From: a virus
Taxonomy: Duplodnaviria > Caudoviricetes
Virus record (IMG/VR): IMGVR_UViG_3300026551_000001
Coordinates: 1-50,609 of that record
Direction: 5' to 3' (one strand)
DNA length: 50,609 nucleotides
Part shown: in pieces, positions 9,869 to 19,163 of the stretch
How positions within the stretch are numbered: the first letter of the stretch is position 1
Layout: each line of letters opens with the position of its first letter
Notes under the pieces: model-generated
The model's database searches: none
Seen by the model: only the letters and a program-made list of their open reading frames with translations
What the model was told of the DNA's origin: nothing
Position numbers and translations under genes: made by a program

Positions 9869-11994
9869 TGGCTACGTTTGCTCCTCAAGTACCCCAGACT
9901 CCAGATCCTTTCTATTTACATTTATCTAAGCCTGTTCCAGAACCTGCTGCAGATAAATCTAAAGGAGAAGCCTTTAAAGTATTAGGAGATACTTTAGGAG
10001 AGACAGGTAAAGTAACTGATACAGGAATTAAAGATATTGTTCTTAAACCTGAACTGGAGAAGATGCAGAATGTTGATGAAGAGAATATCTCTACTCTAGA
10101 ATCAGATAAGAATGCTGTTACAGATGCTAAATCTTACGGACAAGCTGATCAGGATACTGATGTCTTAACTAAACAAGGGACTGCTTCAGTTCCTACATCT
10201 ATTAGTCAAGGTATTAAATCAGTACAAACTCATCAAGAAGCTAGAGATAATGGTAAGATTACAGAGACTCAAACATTAGGTAAACAATACCAGATTCTTA
10301 AAGATCTTAGAGCTCAATGGCCTCAATATAGAAACTATATAGATCAAGAATCAGAGCGTATTACTGGTAAAAATATAGCTAACAGTTATAAGAATTCTCT
10401 TGTAGCTGATCTCAATGCTACTCAAGCAGCTAAACAGAAAGAATTAGAAGAGGTAGATGGACAGTTCAGAAGGTTAGAGGATGAAGGTATTGGAGGTTTA
10501 GCCTTAGCTTCATTCCATAATCAACTTAGAGCAGGTCAAAGATCTCTTCCAGAAGCTAGATTATTTATAGCTCAGAATACTGCTTTTATGGGTATTCATA
10601 AACAGAGACAGTTTTCTTCTGAAGAAGAAGGGTATGGTATCGAGAGTGAGAAAAGAAATGCTCCTAATATGATGGATGGTCTTATTAACCAAGCATCATA
10701 TACCCATGCTAATTCTTTGTTTACTCCTAAAGGTCAAGTAGAAGATATAGTAGGTCGTATTGGTAGAGGTGAAACTGTAAATCCTGATGCTGTTCTTAAA
10801 GCTAGTCAGGAGATAGCAGGTCAAGAACAAGCTTATAGAACTGATATTATGAGAGATCTTAATAATCCTAAGAATGGTATTAATGGTAAATCTTTAGCGA
10901 CTATCTTAGGTCCATCTGAGACTAATAATCGAATAGAAGCAGGAGCAGAGTATTTTAAAGGTAGACAGAGACTTCTTACCAATGGAGATTATAGTGCTAT
11001 TCATGGTGTAGATAATGCCGCTAAAGCTATAAATTCTCAAGCTAGATTAAGTCTTTTAAATGATAAAGACATAGGTCCGACCTTAAGATTATACGAAGCA
11101 TTCGGATCTTCAGCTCCTCAATTTGCTAAAGATTTCACAACTGCTTCTCTGACTGGTCCAGTATCTAAACTTCCAGGCGGTATGCCTGTCTTCTTACAGA
11201 AGAAAGCCATGGAGATGTTTACAGGAGCTTCTTCAAAATCTATAGCTGATACTATAGCTGATATTAGTAACGCTCCAGATATTTCTCCTAGTGTTAAAGC
11301 TAAGAGTTCTAATGAATTAATAAGCAATGTAGAAAAGTTAGCTGATCCTAAGACTCCAGATAACATTGCAGAGAATATTGCTAATAAGGTTTATAGTTCT
11401 CAGAACTTAGGTATAGTCAGTAAGTTTGAGAAGAACAACGGAGATAATCTTTCTATCTTTGGTAGGTTATCTGATCCTAGTATGCTTCAAAGAGTCTGGC
11501 AACTAAGTGGTCAGAATCCTGGTAATCCTCTATGGCGTAATGCTAAAGATTGGGCTGAACGTTCTTTCGGAGATCATATATTTGCAGACAACTTAAGACA
11601 ATTAGTAGCTGAACAGAACATACTTATGAAGCCTTCTCCTTTTTCAGGAGGAGATACAGCTAATCTAGCTCAGAGACGTAACTTCTCCATAGGTTGGGAT
11701 ACTGCTGCTCATGAACTTAAAGTAGATGCCCCTAATGATCCTATGTTTGATGGAGTCAGAAAGAATGTAAATAGAATTAACTATGGTCTTCACAATATTA
11801 AGTCTATAGCTGAGACTGAAGGTTCAGATGTCAATACTTACTTACTTAATCGTCTACAACAGTTTGGTGTGCATACTGACCCTCTTATTACAGGTATATA
11901 TAACTCTATAGCTAAACAGAAAGAGAATGAAGAGAACTTTAAGAGAATGGCTAAAGAGAAATATCAAAAGAGAGAGAAAGAAACAGGGCAGTAA
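9868..11994 (+). CDS. Internal virion protein (708 aa)
   Basis: Translationally coupled (TAATG) in the ejection-protein block; helical, Gln/Ala/Lys-rich. Confidence 0.6.
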   Translation: MATFAPQVPQTPDPFYLHLSKPVPEPAADKSKGEAFKVLGDTLGETGKVTDTGIKDIVLKPELEKMQNVDEENISTLESDKNAVTDAKSYGQADQDTDVLTKQGTASVPTSISQGIKSVQTHQEARDNGKITETQTLGKQYQILKDLRAQWPQYRNYIDQESERITGKNIANSYKNSLVADLNATQAAKQKELEEVDGQFRRLEDEGIGGLALASFHNQLRAGQRSLPEARLFIAQNTAFMGIHKQRQFSSEEEGYGIESEKRNAPNMMDGLINQASYTHANSLFTPKGQVEDIVGRIGRGETVNPDAVLKASQEIAGQEQAYRTDIMRDLNNPKNGINGKSLATILGPSETNNRIEAGAEYFKGRQRLLTNGDYSAIHGVDNAAKAINSQARLSLLNDKDIGPTLRLYEAFGSSAPQFAKDFTTASLTGPVSKLPGGMPVFLQKKAMEMFTGASSKSIADTIADISNAPDISPSVKAKSSNELISNVEKLADPKTPDNIAENIANKVYSSQNLGIVSKFEKNNGDNLSIFGRLSDPSMLQRVWQLSGQNPGNPLWRNAKDWAERSFGDHIFADNLRQLVAEQNILMKPSPFSGGDTANLAQRRNFSIGWDTAAHELKVDAPNDPMFDGVRKNVNRINYGLHNIKSIAETEGSDVNTYLLNRLQQFGVHTDPLITGIYNSIAKQKENEENFKRMAKEKYQKREKETGQ

Positions 11995-13976
11995 TGGGAA
12001 TCTCTTTTGGTGATGGTCGTTGGTTTGATAATGAGTATGAGCAAGTAGCTGATAGTCATCAACAGCAGCCATTACGTTTAACTATTACTCCTCATATGAA
12101 TGAAGGTGAATCTGAGACTGGATCTTCTCAAGGAGGTTTAGAAGAACCTAAAGATATTCATATCATCAGACATGGTACTACAGAAGAGAATGAAGAAGAT
12201 AAGATTCGTGGAACTCAGGATGATGTTAAGTTAAGTGATGAAGGTCGTAAACATGCCCTAGACGCCGCTGAGGAGCTCCGTAGTAAAGGTATTGAGTCAT
12301 TGGTGACCTCACCCCTAGCCAGAGCAAAAGAAACATCCCAGATCATTGGTAAAGAGTTGGGAATACCTATCACAGTCAGCGATAAGTTAAAGACTTGGAA
12401 TGTAGGTAACTTTGAAGGTAAACCTTGTGAAGGTAATAACGATACATTACAAGATTATGCAGAGAATAAACCAGATGAGAAAGTACCTGGTGGAGAGTCT
12501 TATAATGAATTTAAAGATAGAGCATTCGAAGGTATTAGAGAAGCTATCTTAGCTAATAAGGATAAGAAGTTAGGTATAGTAACTCACCATATGGTCGAGA
12601 GTTCCTTAGAAGGTTGGGAGAAGACTGGACAAGATAATCCTAGTCTAGATTTATCTAAGTTATTTGAAGATACAGACCAACCAGGTTCAGTACGTAAGAT
12701 GACTATGGAACCTGATTCTACTATTATGAAGGGAAAGGATAATCTTCCTTTTCAGAAAGAAGTACAGCCATATCTAAAGAAGTTTAGAGATGCTTTGACT
12801 GATTATGTAATGAATGCAAGTGGAAATCTTAAAGAGAATTTATTAGATATTCTTAAACATCCAGAGAATATGATTGGTCCTCAGGAAGGAATGTTTATTG
12901 CTCCTTCATTAGGTAAGCGATTATTTGCTCAAGGACTTATGAAACAAGGTTTATCTCCTGCAGAAGTTAAAGCTCTGACTGGAGTAGAACGTGGTGCAGA
13001 TAGTAAGCTACGTCAAGAGATTAGTGATTTACCTTCTCAAGTGGTTAATGAAAAGCTTTTAAAAGATCATGTACTTCCTTTGGAGTGGGTCTTTCATCAT
13101 CCTGATTTTTTTAATGTATATCCTGAAGCTAAAGATATAAAAGTCTTATATAATCCTAAATTACCTAATACTACTGATGCTAGATTTACAGGAGATATTG
13201 AACTTAATCCTGCTTTAAAAGATCCTATGGATATTCATGATGCTATACTTCACGAATTACAACACTGGGTTCAGTATAAAGAAGGCTTTGCATTTAATGT
13301 TCCTTCTGATGCTCCTGAAGCATTTGTAAAAGAATTCGGAGCTAGAATGCGTAAAGAAGGAGTTAAGGGAGAAACTCCTAAACAAAGAATATATAGACAG
13401 TTAACATCAGAGGTCGAAGCTAGAAATACTCAAGCTAGAGCAGGCATGACTGAAGAAATGAGACGTGAGTCTCTAGCTACAAGTACAGAAGATATTCAGA
13501 GATCTCACCAACTTATCTTCGATGAGAAAGGTAATAGAATTGATGCTTCTCCTTCTATGTCTAAAGAACCTCCTAAAAGATTTGGATTACCTGTAGAAGT
13601 ATTTGAACAGAGACTAAGAGATGTTATAGAAAAGAATCCTGACTTAAGACAAGTACCTTGGGGATGGACCCTAGAAGAAGTTAAATCTATACCTTTAGAT
13701 GATTACTTTAAAGGACTTAAGGAAGGATTTGGAGATACTTATGCAGATTATCTAAAGAATAAGAAAACTAGAAATCCTTCTATGTCTAGATTTGGCAGTC
13801 AAGAAGATACTCCAGATTGGTTCAAAGAAGAAATGAGACAGACTTTGGAGAAAGAGTTAGGAGGATCTAAGAATACTCCTATTAAAACTAGATCTAATAC
13901 ATCGGGTATGAGTGAAAGACAGAAAGAACTGAAAAAGATTAATCAGAAATCTAGAAGTCGTTTACAATCAAAATAA
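11994..13976 (+). CDS. Polyvalent protein: histidine-phosphatase domain + LPD23-like domain + HExxH zincin metallopeptidase
   Basis: IIRHGTT…SPLARAKET…PGGES…IVTHH (His phosphatase superfamily); TGVERGADSKLRQEISD…HPDFFNVYP (LPD23-like); ILHELQHWVQYKEGF…EVEARNTQAR (zincin). Confidence 0.8.
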   Translation: MGISFGDGRWFDNEYEQVADSHQQQPLRLTITPHMNEGESETGSSQGGLEEPKDIHIIRHGTTEENEEDKIRGTQDDVKLSDEGRKHALDAAEELRSKGIESLVTSPLARAKETSQIIGKELGIPITVSDKLKTWNVGNFEGKPCEGNNDTLQDYAENKPDEKVPGGESYNEFKDRAFEGIREAILANKDKKLGIVTHHMVESSLEGWEKTGQDNPSLDLSKLFEDTDQPGSVRKMTMEPDSTIMKGKDNLPFQKEVQPYLKKFRDALTDYVMNASGNLKENLLDILKHPENMIGPQEGMFIAPSLGKRLFAQGLMKQGLSPAEVKALTGVERGADSKLRQEISDLPSQVVNEKLLKDHVLPLEWVFHHPDFFNVYPEAKDIKVLYNPKLPNTTDARFTGDIELNPALKDPMDIHDAILHELQHWVQYKEGFAFNVPSDAPEAFVKEFGARMRKEGVKGETPKQRIYRQLTSEVEARNTQARAGMTEEMRRESLATSTEDIQRSHQLIFDEKGNRIDASPSMSKEPPKRFGLPVEVFEQRLRDVIEKNPDLRQVPWGWTLEEVKSIPLDDYFKGLKEGFGDTYADYLKNKKTRNPSMSRFGSQEDTPDWFKEEMRQTLEKELGGSKNTPIKTRSNTSGMSERQKELKKINQKSRSRLQSK

Positions 13977-13996
13977 TAGTTAAAATTTCATGCAGA

Positions 13997-14036
13997 CATA
14001 AAAATAGCCTCGGTAAGCGTAAGCCTACCGAGGCTA
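13997..14036 (-). terminator. Rho-independent terminator at the convergence of the two arms
   Basis: Stem TAGCCTCGGTA/TACCGAGGCTA followed by TTTTTATG on the - strand. Confidence 0.85.
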
Positions 14037-14150
14037 AGTCATGTGGAGTTTGCGGGAACCCCTTTTAGTTTCTTACATCAGAGCTCGCTTGTAGTTTGGT
14101 ATACTGACCCGACCTCTGATGATCTACTCTCGACGTAGATTAGTTTTAAT

Positions 14151-14666
14151 TTACGCTGCGAGTGCCACTTCAGTTTCAGAGTCAGTAGTTGAAAGAGGAA
14201 TCACCTTAACAGGAGGTGTCCAGTTCCAAGTCTCCAACTGCTCGATGGCATCAATGACGACGTTATAGTCAGAATCGCCATCTCTATCGTAAGAAAAATC
14301 CTCATGGTCTAGACGACAGGCTACGAGGATACGCTCGATTCGCTTAGTCTCTGCACTAAGCTTAGTCACGTACTGACTGTAGCCAACTTCATCTTTGACT
14401 ATAGTCGGATCGACCCAGTGTAACCACTCAGCCAAGTGATAAGGATTACTGTATTCAATTTCCTTCATATCGAAATCTAAATCACCGAGACGGAACTTAC
14501 CAGCCTTCAGCCATTCATCAGCTTCCGCCATAGTCTTAGGTCTCGGGCTCTCAATACCGAAACGTACGGCAGCTTCATTCTGTTTCTTTGTGACGATATT
14601 GTTCAGCTCTCGGAGGAAGTAGTTCTTGCTCTGAGCGTTAACATCTTCATTAATGTTGTACCACAT
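14151..14666 (-). CDS. Hypothetical protein ending in ...EVALAA
   Basis: AGGAG RBS before ATG at 14666; an alternative in-frame ATG lies at 14762. Confidence 0.7.
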   Translation of the reverse strand: MWYNINEDVNAQSKNYFLRELNNIVTKKQNEAAVRFGIESPRPKTMAEADEWLKAGKFRLGDLDFDMKEIEYSNPYHLAEWLHWVDPTIVKDEVGYSQYVTKLSAETKRIERILVACRLDHEDFSYDRDGDSDYNVVIDAIEQLETWNWTPPVKVIPLSTTDSETEVALAA

Positions 14667-14763
14667 GGTAGTCTCCTGTTTATTGAACTCTTTAACCTTT
14701 TTATTCCACTCAATGTCTGATTGAGTTAAAGGTCCAAACCAAACTCCATCTCTACAATACATA

Positions 14764-14997
14764 TCAGTGTCTCGGCGGTTGTCTGATTCTGTTGGCGTGC
14801 TCTGATACGACGTGGGTTGGTACCTTGTCCAACGAGCCAGTTCGGTGATAACCAATATGATCCAACTCTCTATGGTCTCCTTTTGTAACTTTTCCCAATC
14901 TCTCAGCATGTGCCCTAGCAGCATTGCGTGCCTCTCTACGGCGTACCTGTGCTGGAGTGTCTTCCCATCTTGTTTCTTTTTCATAGTTTCTATTCAT
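14764..14997 (-). CDS. Small HNH-like protein
   Basis: RNAAR…G.V.KGD.RELDH…VVS…NR pattern typical of short phage HNH-like proteins. Confidence 0.6.
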   Translation of the reverse strand: MNRNYEKETRWEDTPAQVRRREARNAARAHAERLGKVTKGDHRELDHIGYHRTGSLDKVPTHVVSEHANRIRQPPRH

Positions 14998-15313
14998 GTA
15001 TTCTAAACTTAACCTCTGATTTCTTCTGTTGCCGAGCCTCTTGCGAGGCATGTTCTTGTTTCATTAATGTATAGTGAAGAGGCATGGTTAAGTTTAAATA
15101 AGCATTAACCATTGTCTTTTGAGCCCATGGTTTAGGTATGGGGCCGAAAGATAAATCGACTAAATCTTCATCATTCTTAATCCAATTATTTCTTCTTAAT
15201 TCATCTTCTATTAAATCTTTAATATGTCCTATGCTTATAGTAGTTTCTATAATCTTAGGATATTCTTTTGTGTGGTCCGGATATTTAATAGCCTCAGGTT
15301 TCAGAGGTTTCAT
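14990..15313 (-). CDS. Hypothetical protein
   Basis: AGGAG RBS 6 nt before ATG at 15313; contiguous with its neighbours. Confidence 0.6.
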   Translation of the reverse strand: MKPLKPEAIKYPDHTKEYPKIIETTISIGHIKDLIEDELRRNNWIKNDEDLVDLSFGPIPKPWAQKTMVNAYLNLTMPLHYTLMKQEHASQEARQQKKSEVKFRIHE

Positions 15314-15597
15314 CTTCATCTCCTGTCGAGGGTCGCTGAGGGAAGCGCCTCTCTCGTCGGACTTTCTTCTTTTGTTCAATTCGTAATCTTTCTGCTTTAT
15401 TGGTTGGATGTTTATTCTTACTCATTGGTTGAATAACTTATGAATATCAAATGGAGTCGAGTACATTAAGATACAGGCTTTACCTAAACATGTGGACATA
15501 CTGTTAACATATATTAATGCTGAGATAACACCTAAACTAAACCATATAATTCTATGAAGTAGTTTATCTACAAGATCAACGATAACCATAACGTACC

Positions 15598-15945
15598 TCA
15601 TAAACCTAATAACCAATCTTCTGGAACATTACCGATGGCATATCTGAATCCATTCTTTATAGCCCATTTAATCTGTTTCTCTTTATATTCATAAAAGACT
15701 ATTCTCAGATCTATATTAGGATGCTGTCTCTTAACTGCTAACAGTTTGCATTTATCCTCTGGTCTTAGATAGCCTTTATATTCAATGTATATCTTTCCTA
15801 AAGGGGTATATAACTTAAAGTCTATAAGGTAGTGTCGAGCTAAGACATAAGGAATCTTTTCAGTTTCGTATTCAAATATAATCTTAGCTCGACGTAACTG
15901 ATTGGCTATAGATTCTTCTGATTTATTTCTAGTTCTTTTAGATAT
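15598..15945 (-). CDS. Endonuclease I / Holliday junction resolvase (T7 gp3-like), non-canonical ATA start, absent from the ORF track
   Basis: Manual translation ISKRTRNKSEESIANQL…FEYETEKIPY…HYLIDF…IYIEYKGYLRPEDKCKLLAVKRQHPNIDLRIVF…WAIKNGF…PEDWL*. An in-frame TGA lies 4 codons upstream and there is no ATG/GTG/TTG. Confidence 0.85.
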   Translation of the reverse strand: MSKRTRNKSEESIANQLRRAKIIFEYETEKIPYVLARHYLIDFKLYTPLGKIYIEYKGYLRPEDKCKLLAVKRQHPNIDLRIVFYEYKEKQIKWAIKNGFRYAIGNVPEDWLLGL

Positions 15946-16117
15946 TGTTAATTCTCATTTCTTCTAGTTGTTGTACTTTACGGGCTAATTCTAATATTAA
16001 ATCCATATCCATATTTGGATATAACAATCTACTATCTTGACCGTCATATTCTCCAGCAGCATTGATGTTGCTAAGATATTCTATGATTAATTGAGTTAAT
16101 AATAGTACATCAGACAT
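15938..16117 (-). CDS. Hypothetical protein
   Basis: Short ORF coupled to the endonuclease gene; start position uncertain. Confidence 0.5.
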   Translation of the reverse strand: MSDVLLLTQLIIEYLSNINAAGEYDGQDSRLLYPNMDMDLILELARKVQQLEEMRINNI

Positions 16118-16239
16118 CTTGTTTCTCATCTTCATCATTTAAATATTTACAATCTCTAATAGGTTTCTCACATTCGCACCAACCGTTTAATAGTTTACAG
16201 TCAGTCGGACTGTTATTATTATGTGGTTGAAACAAGTAA

Positions 16240-17097
16240 TCAGTGTATGACTTGTCCAGCTCTATTGATCTCGATGACATCAGGTTTCCTTTCTACGTGG
16301 GTAAGGTACTTAGGTCCATCGGAGTATAGAAAAGTTCTGAGACCAGGGAAACAAGTGTTCTTGTAGGCACTGTAGCTTGCTTTGGTATCAAGACCGATAT
16401 TCCCAGATCTACCTTCTGGTACTGTTTTACAGGTACATCTCGGAGCTTGAATAGAGTTTGCATATGATTTATATAATCTAATTCTCTCTTTGATGAACTC
16501 TTTTCGTAATGTATGTTCATATAATAACATATGTCCTAGTTGTTTGTCAATGATTAATAAGCATGCTTTATCTTTTACCAGTACCAAATCGTCGTTAATA
16601 CTAGCGCCCATATAAGCGTCAAGTTGAGATAGATAGCCCCAATCGTCAAGCGTTGTTTGATCTTTCCTTTTGAATTTATCCATCCCACGGCTAGAGGAAG
16701 ATTTAACATCAACAATGTAGCCGTCGATAATGCAGTCTCTATGACCGCGGATACCATCGAGAACAAGTTCATCCTGCTCTCCCGTAACTGTATGTCCTGA
16801 AGCCTTGGCAAGAGCTATAGCTTGAGCCTCTATTATATGACCAAAGGAATATTTGAACTCTGCCCATGGTGGTAGAGGCTCTGCTAACTCTGGTGTATGT
16901 ATCGAATGCCATAAAGCTTTAGGACAGACAGGCCCTAGTTTAGACATTCTTAAAGAAGGTTTATATGTATAGTTATATTGAGATTGTAATCTTTTGGTTA
17001 TGTTATTAGACAAATCCAGGGCTAGCTCATCAGTGAACCAGCCTCTGGTTGTCAATAGATATTGTATATCGGTAACCAGAGTATCGATTGTTTTTAT
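16240..17097 (-). CDS. PD-(D/E)XK exonuclease (Cas4/RecB-like); probable ATA start
   Basis: LRMSKLG..CPKALW, FGHIIE, GIRGHRDCIIDG.IVDVKS, GY..QL..Y motifs. AAAGGA RBS 8 nt before ATA at 17097, which overlaps the upstream TAA (ATAA). Confidence 0.8.
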   Translation of the reverse strand: MKTIDTLVTDIQYLLTTRGWFTDELALDLSNNITKRLQSQYNYTYKPSLRMSKLGPVCPKALWHSIHTPELAEPLPPWAEFKYSFGHIIEAQAIALAKASGHTVTGEQDELVLDGIRGHRDCIIDGYIVDVKSSSSRGMDKFKRKDQTTLDDWGYLSQLDAYMGASINDDLVLVKDKACLLIIDKQLGHMLLYEHTLRKEFIKERIRLYKSYANSIQAPRCTCKTVPEGRSGNIGLDTKASYSAYKNTCFPGLRTFLYSDGPKYLTHVERKPDVIEINRAGQVIH

Positions 17098-17351
17098 GGT
17101 ATCATTCCTTTTACTTGATGTGCAAGTTGTAAGTATAAGATTAGTTGTCCAAAACCTACGATTGGAGCGAATGCAGCCATTGTTACAAATGTCTGTGCTA
17201 TCTCCAACCATTTATCCTTCTTCTTAGGTGGTTCTGGTTTCTTGGCAGAGTCTTTGATTTCCTTTTCAACAGTCTTCCAAAAGTCTATTGTTTCTTTCAT
17301 CTGTTGAAGAGGGCTTTGTTGTGGACCGAAAGGACTTCCGTATCCATACAT
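17094..17351 (-). CDS. Small membrane protein
   Basis: GGAGG RBS before ATG at 17351; C-terminal hydrophobic segment. Confidence 0.7.
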   Translation of the reverse strand: MYGYGSPFGPQQSPLQQMKETIDFWKTVEKEIKDSAKKPEPPKKKDKWLEIAQTFVTMAAFAPIVGFGQLILYLQLAHQVKGMIP

Positions 17352-17389
17352 TGTAACCTCCATTCTAAATGGATTAAATATATTTTCTA

Positions 17390-18440
17390 ACGGGGGGATT
17401 TGTCCCCCCAAACTTAAGGTGGTTGTTTCATTTGTCCAGAGTGCACTAACATAAACATGTTACTACACCTCCATTAGTTAAAGTCTCGGACATGAGACTT
17501 GGGAGTCTCTCGATGGTTGACTGCCATTGAGACTCTGACTCTTAAGATCTCTACATCGAGAGGTCTGACGTGTCTGTTCCAGGTTTACTCCCACTGAGTA
17601 GTGTTTTAATGGGCGTTCCGGCTAGACATTGGCTAGTTCCCGGTTATACCAGTGTACTGGACACTGCGTCTCTTTAGATCTTTCGTCTGTTCAGCACAGA
17701 CCGGCGATCCTGTAGAGTATTCGATACTGAGACATCAACCTGAGGAACTTTTGAACCAATGGCTAATGGGACCACGGTGTCCAACAGTCTAAGATTTCAA
17801 CTCTTCAGAAGAGTGTCTACTTAGTTAATGATGCTACTGCTCAGCCTTTTCAGATCATATCCTTGTTGAGTCTACCACAGGTTGTTCGGTCTTACAACAT
17901 ATATAGGTTGCACCCTATATGCATCCGATCACATGGCACTCGCTCTATACCAATTCCGAGTTCGACTCTTATTTAGAGTCCTCATGAGCGTACCGTTGCT
18001 TTTCTGCCACTGTACCAGATCAAGGCTTAGATCCTACTTGTCCCTATGACTAGATCGTACTTGGAGTGACCTACTACACAATAGATCAGGATACTAATCA
18101 TAGGTCCTGCTTATGCTTCTCTAGCTGTTAGCTAGTTGACCACAGGTACACCACCATCCTTTGCCGTCCCTATGCCTTAAGGGTTGGACTCTATCAGGCT
18201 TTATTCCAACAGGACTAAGCTGACTGATCTCGTCTGTCACCGGAGGATAGATCTAAGTACCGGTTAAGTCCTACTCTCCGATATTTATAGCCTCCATGTC
18301 GGAGATAGCACGGGCCTATGCAGCGCTCTCATTCACTATGCTGTCCAAGTGACTAGTACGTTACTCATCCCAAACGAAGATGCCTTCCGTACATCTTACA
18401 CATAGGAGCGCTTACGAGAGGTAGGTCATCACTCCTACGT
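17390..18440 (-). ncRNA. Putative large structured non-coding RNA (~1.05 kb)
   Basis: No ORF of 60 aa or more in the track between 17412 and 18444; many local hairpins and nested long-range helices (see findings). Strand inferred from flanking genes and A-rich junctions. Confidence 0.75.
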
Positions 18441-18444
18441 TAGT

Positions 18445-18795
18445 TTAACCGTGTTCGAAGTCACGGTTAATAGTGGATGATTCTCCACTACTCTCGGTTC
18501 TGAATTCTTTCCCAATTAAATCATCTTTGGGACCTTCTGCTGGCCATTCTCTGCCAGTATTGTTCTGAGCTCGTTCGACTGCGGGTCGAATAGTAATTGG
18601 AGGAGAAGCTCGTTCTACTACTTCAATTACCTGACAGACGAATACTCTTGTAATGGTATTATCACTATTTAACTGTTTAGCAGCGTATCCATGAGCATCT
18701 ACTAATGTTGTCTTACAATTAGTAGGAATATTTTTAGGAAAGTCTTTATCCTGTATTGCTTTGAAAGCAACCGTTGCATAAAATTTCTCGTTCAT
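18445..18795 (-). CDS. Hypothetical protein
   Basis: GGGAG RBS and ATG; ends immediately before the putative ncRNA. Confidence 0.75.
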   Translation of the reverse strand: MNEKFYATVAFKAIQDKDFPKNIPTNCKTTLVDAHGYAAKQLNSDNTITRVFVCQVIEVVERASPPITIRPAVERAQNNTGREWPAEGPKDDLIGKEFRTESSGESSTINRDFEHG

Positions 18796-18922
18796 CTTAG
18801 AACTCCCTACTTCGTTTCGTTCAGGAACTTCTCTTAGTTCAGTTCACATCACCGCGTAGATGGGTCTATTATAATAGACTAATCTATACTTAATAATATA
18901 CTTAATTCTTTTACCTTTATTC

Positions 18923-19099
18923 TTACCTTTGGATCTGTGCACCCTTGTTGAACGCATCTCTAAAATCCAACATCCTTTGGTATTGTATCTTCTTTTGGAC
19001 ATTGTTTTTCACCTGACGTTCAATCAGTCTCTGATGAGCAGTCATTGGTAAAGAGCCATCAGATTTCTTTACTTTGTTCTTAATAGGAGGTCTTTTCAT
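18923..19099 (-). CDS. Small basic hypothetical protein
   Basis: GGAGG RBS before ATG at 19099 (MKRPPIKNK…); Lys/Arg-rich. Confidence 0.7.
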   Translation of the reverse strand: MKRPPIKNKVKKSDGSLPMTAHQRLIERQVKNNVQKKIQYQRMLDFRDAFNKGAQIQR

Positions 19100-19163
19100 A
19101 TTATCCTCCGTCAAAGGAATAGGGAACTCCCACGGAGATAAGAGTTCCCTTTCCTCAGTAAGA

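Noticed and set aside
12255-12340. Possible further copies of the three-box element (also near 15321 and 31693)
   Set aside because: Only one box or weak partial matches, without the correctly spaced inverted arm.
14667-14984. ORF-track N-terminal extensions (starts 14984, 17211, 17411, 19529, 26347, 28086)
   Set aside because: They overlap other genes or hairpin arrays, and better RBS-supported starts lie downstream.
16240-17097. Cas4-like nuclease as evidence of a CRISPR system
   Set aside because: No cas1/cas2 or array; it sits in the replication module as the usual phage exonuclease.
17390-18440. Group I/II intron, tmRNA, RNase P RNA or CRISPR array as the identity of the non-coding kilobase
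   Set aside because: It interrupts no gene; I saw no group II domain V, RNase P GAGGAAAGUCC core, tRNA-like ends or regularly spaced repeats. Only a covariance-model search can fully exclude these.
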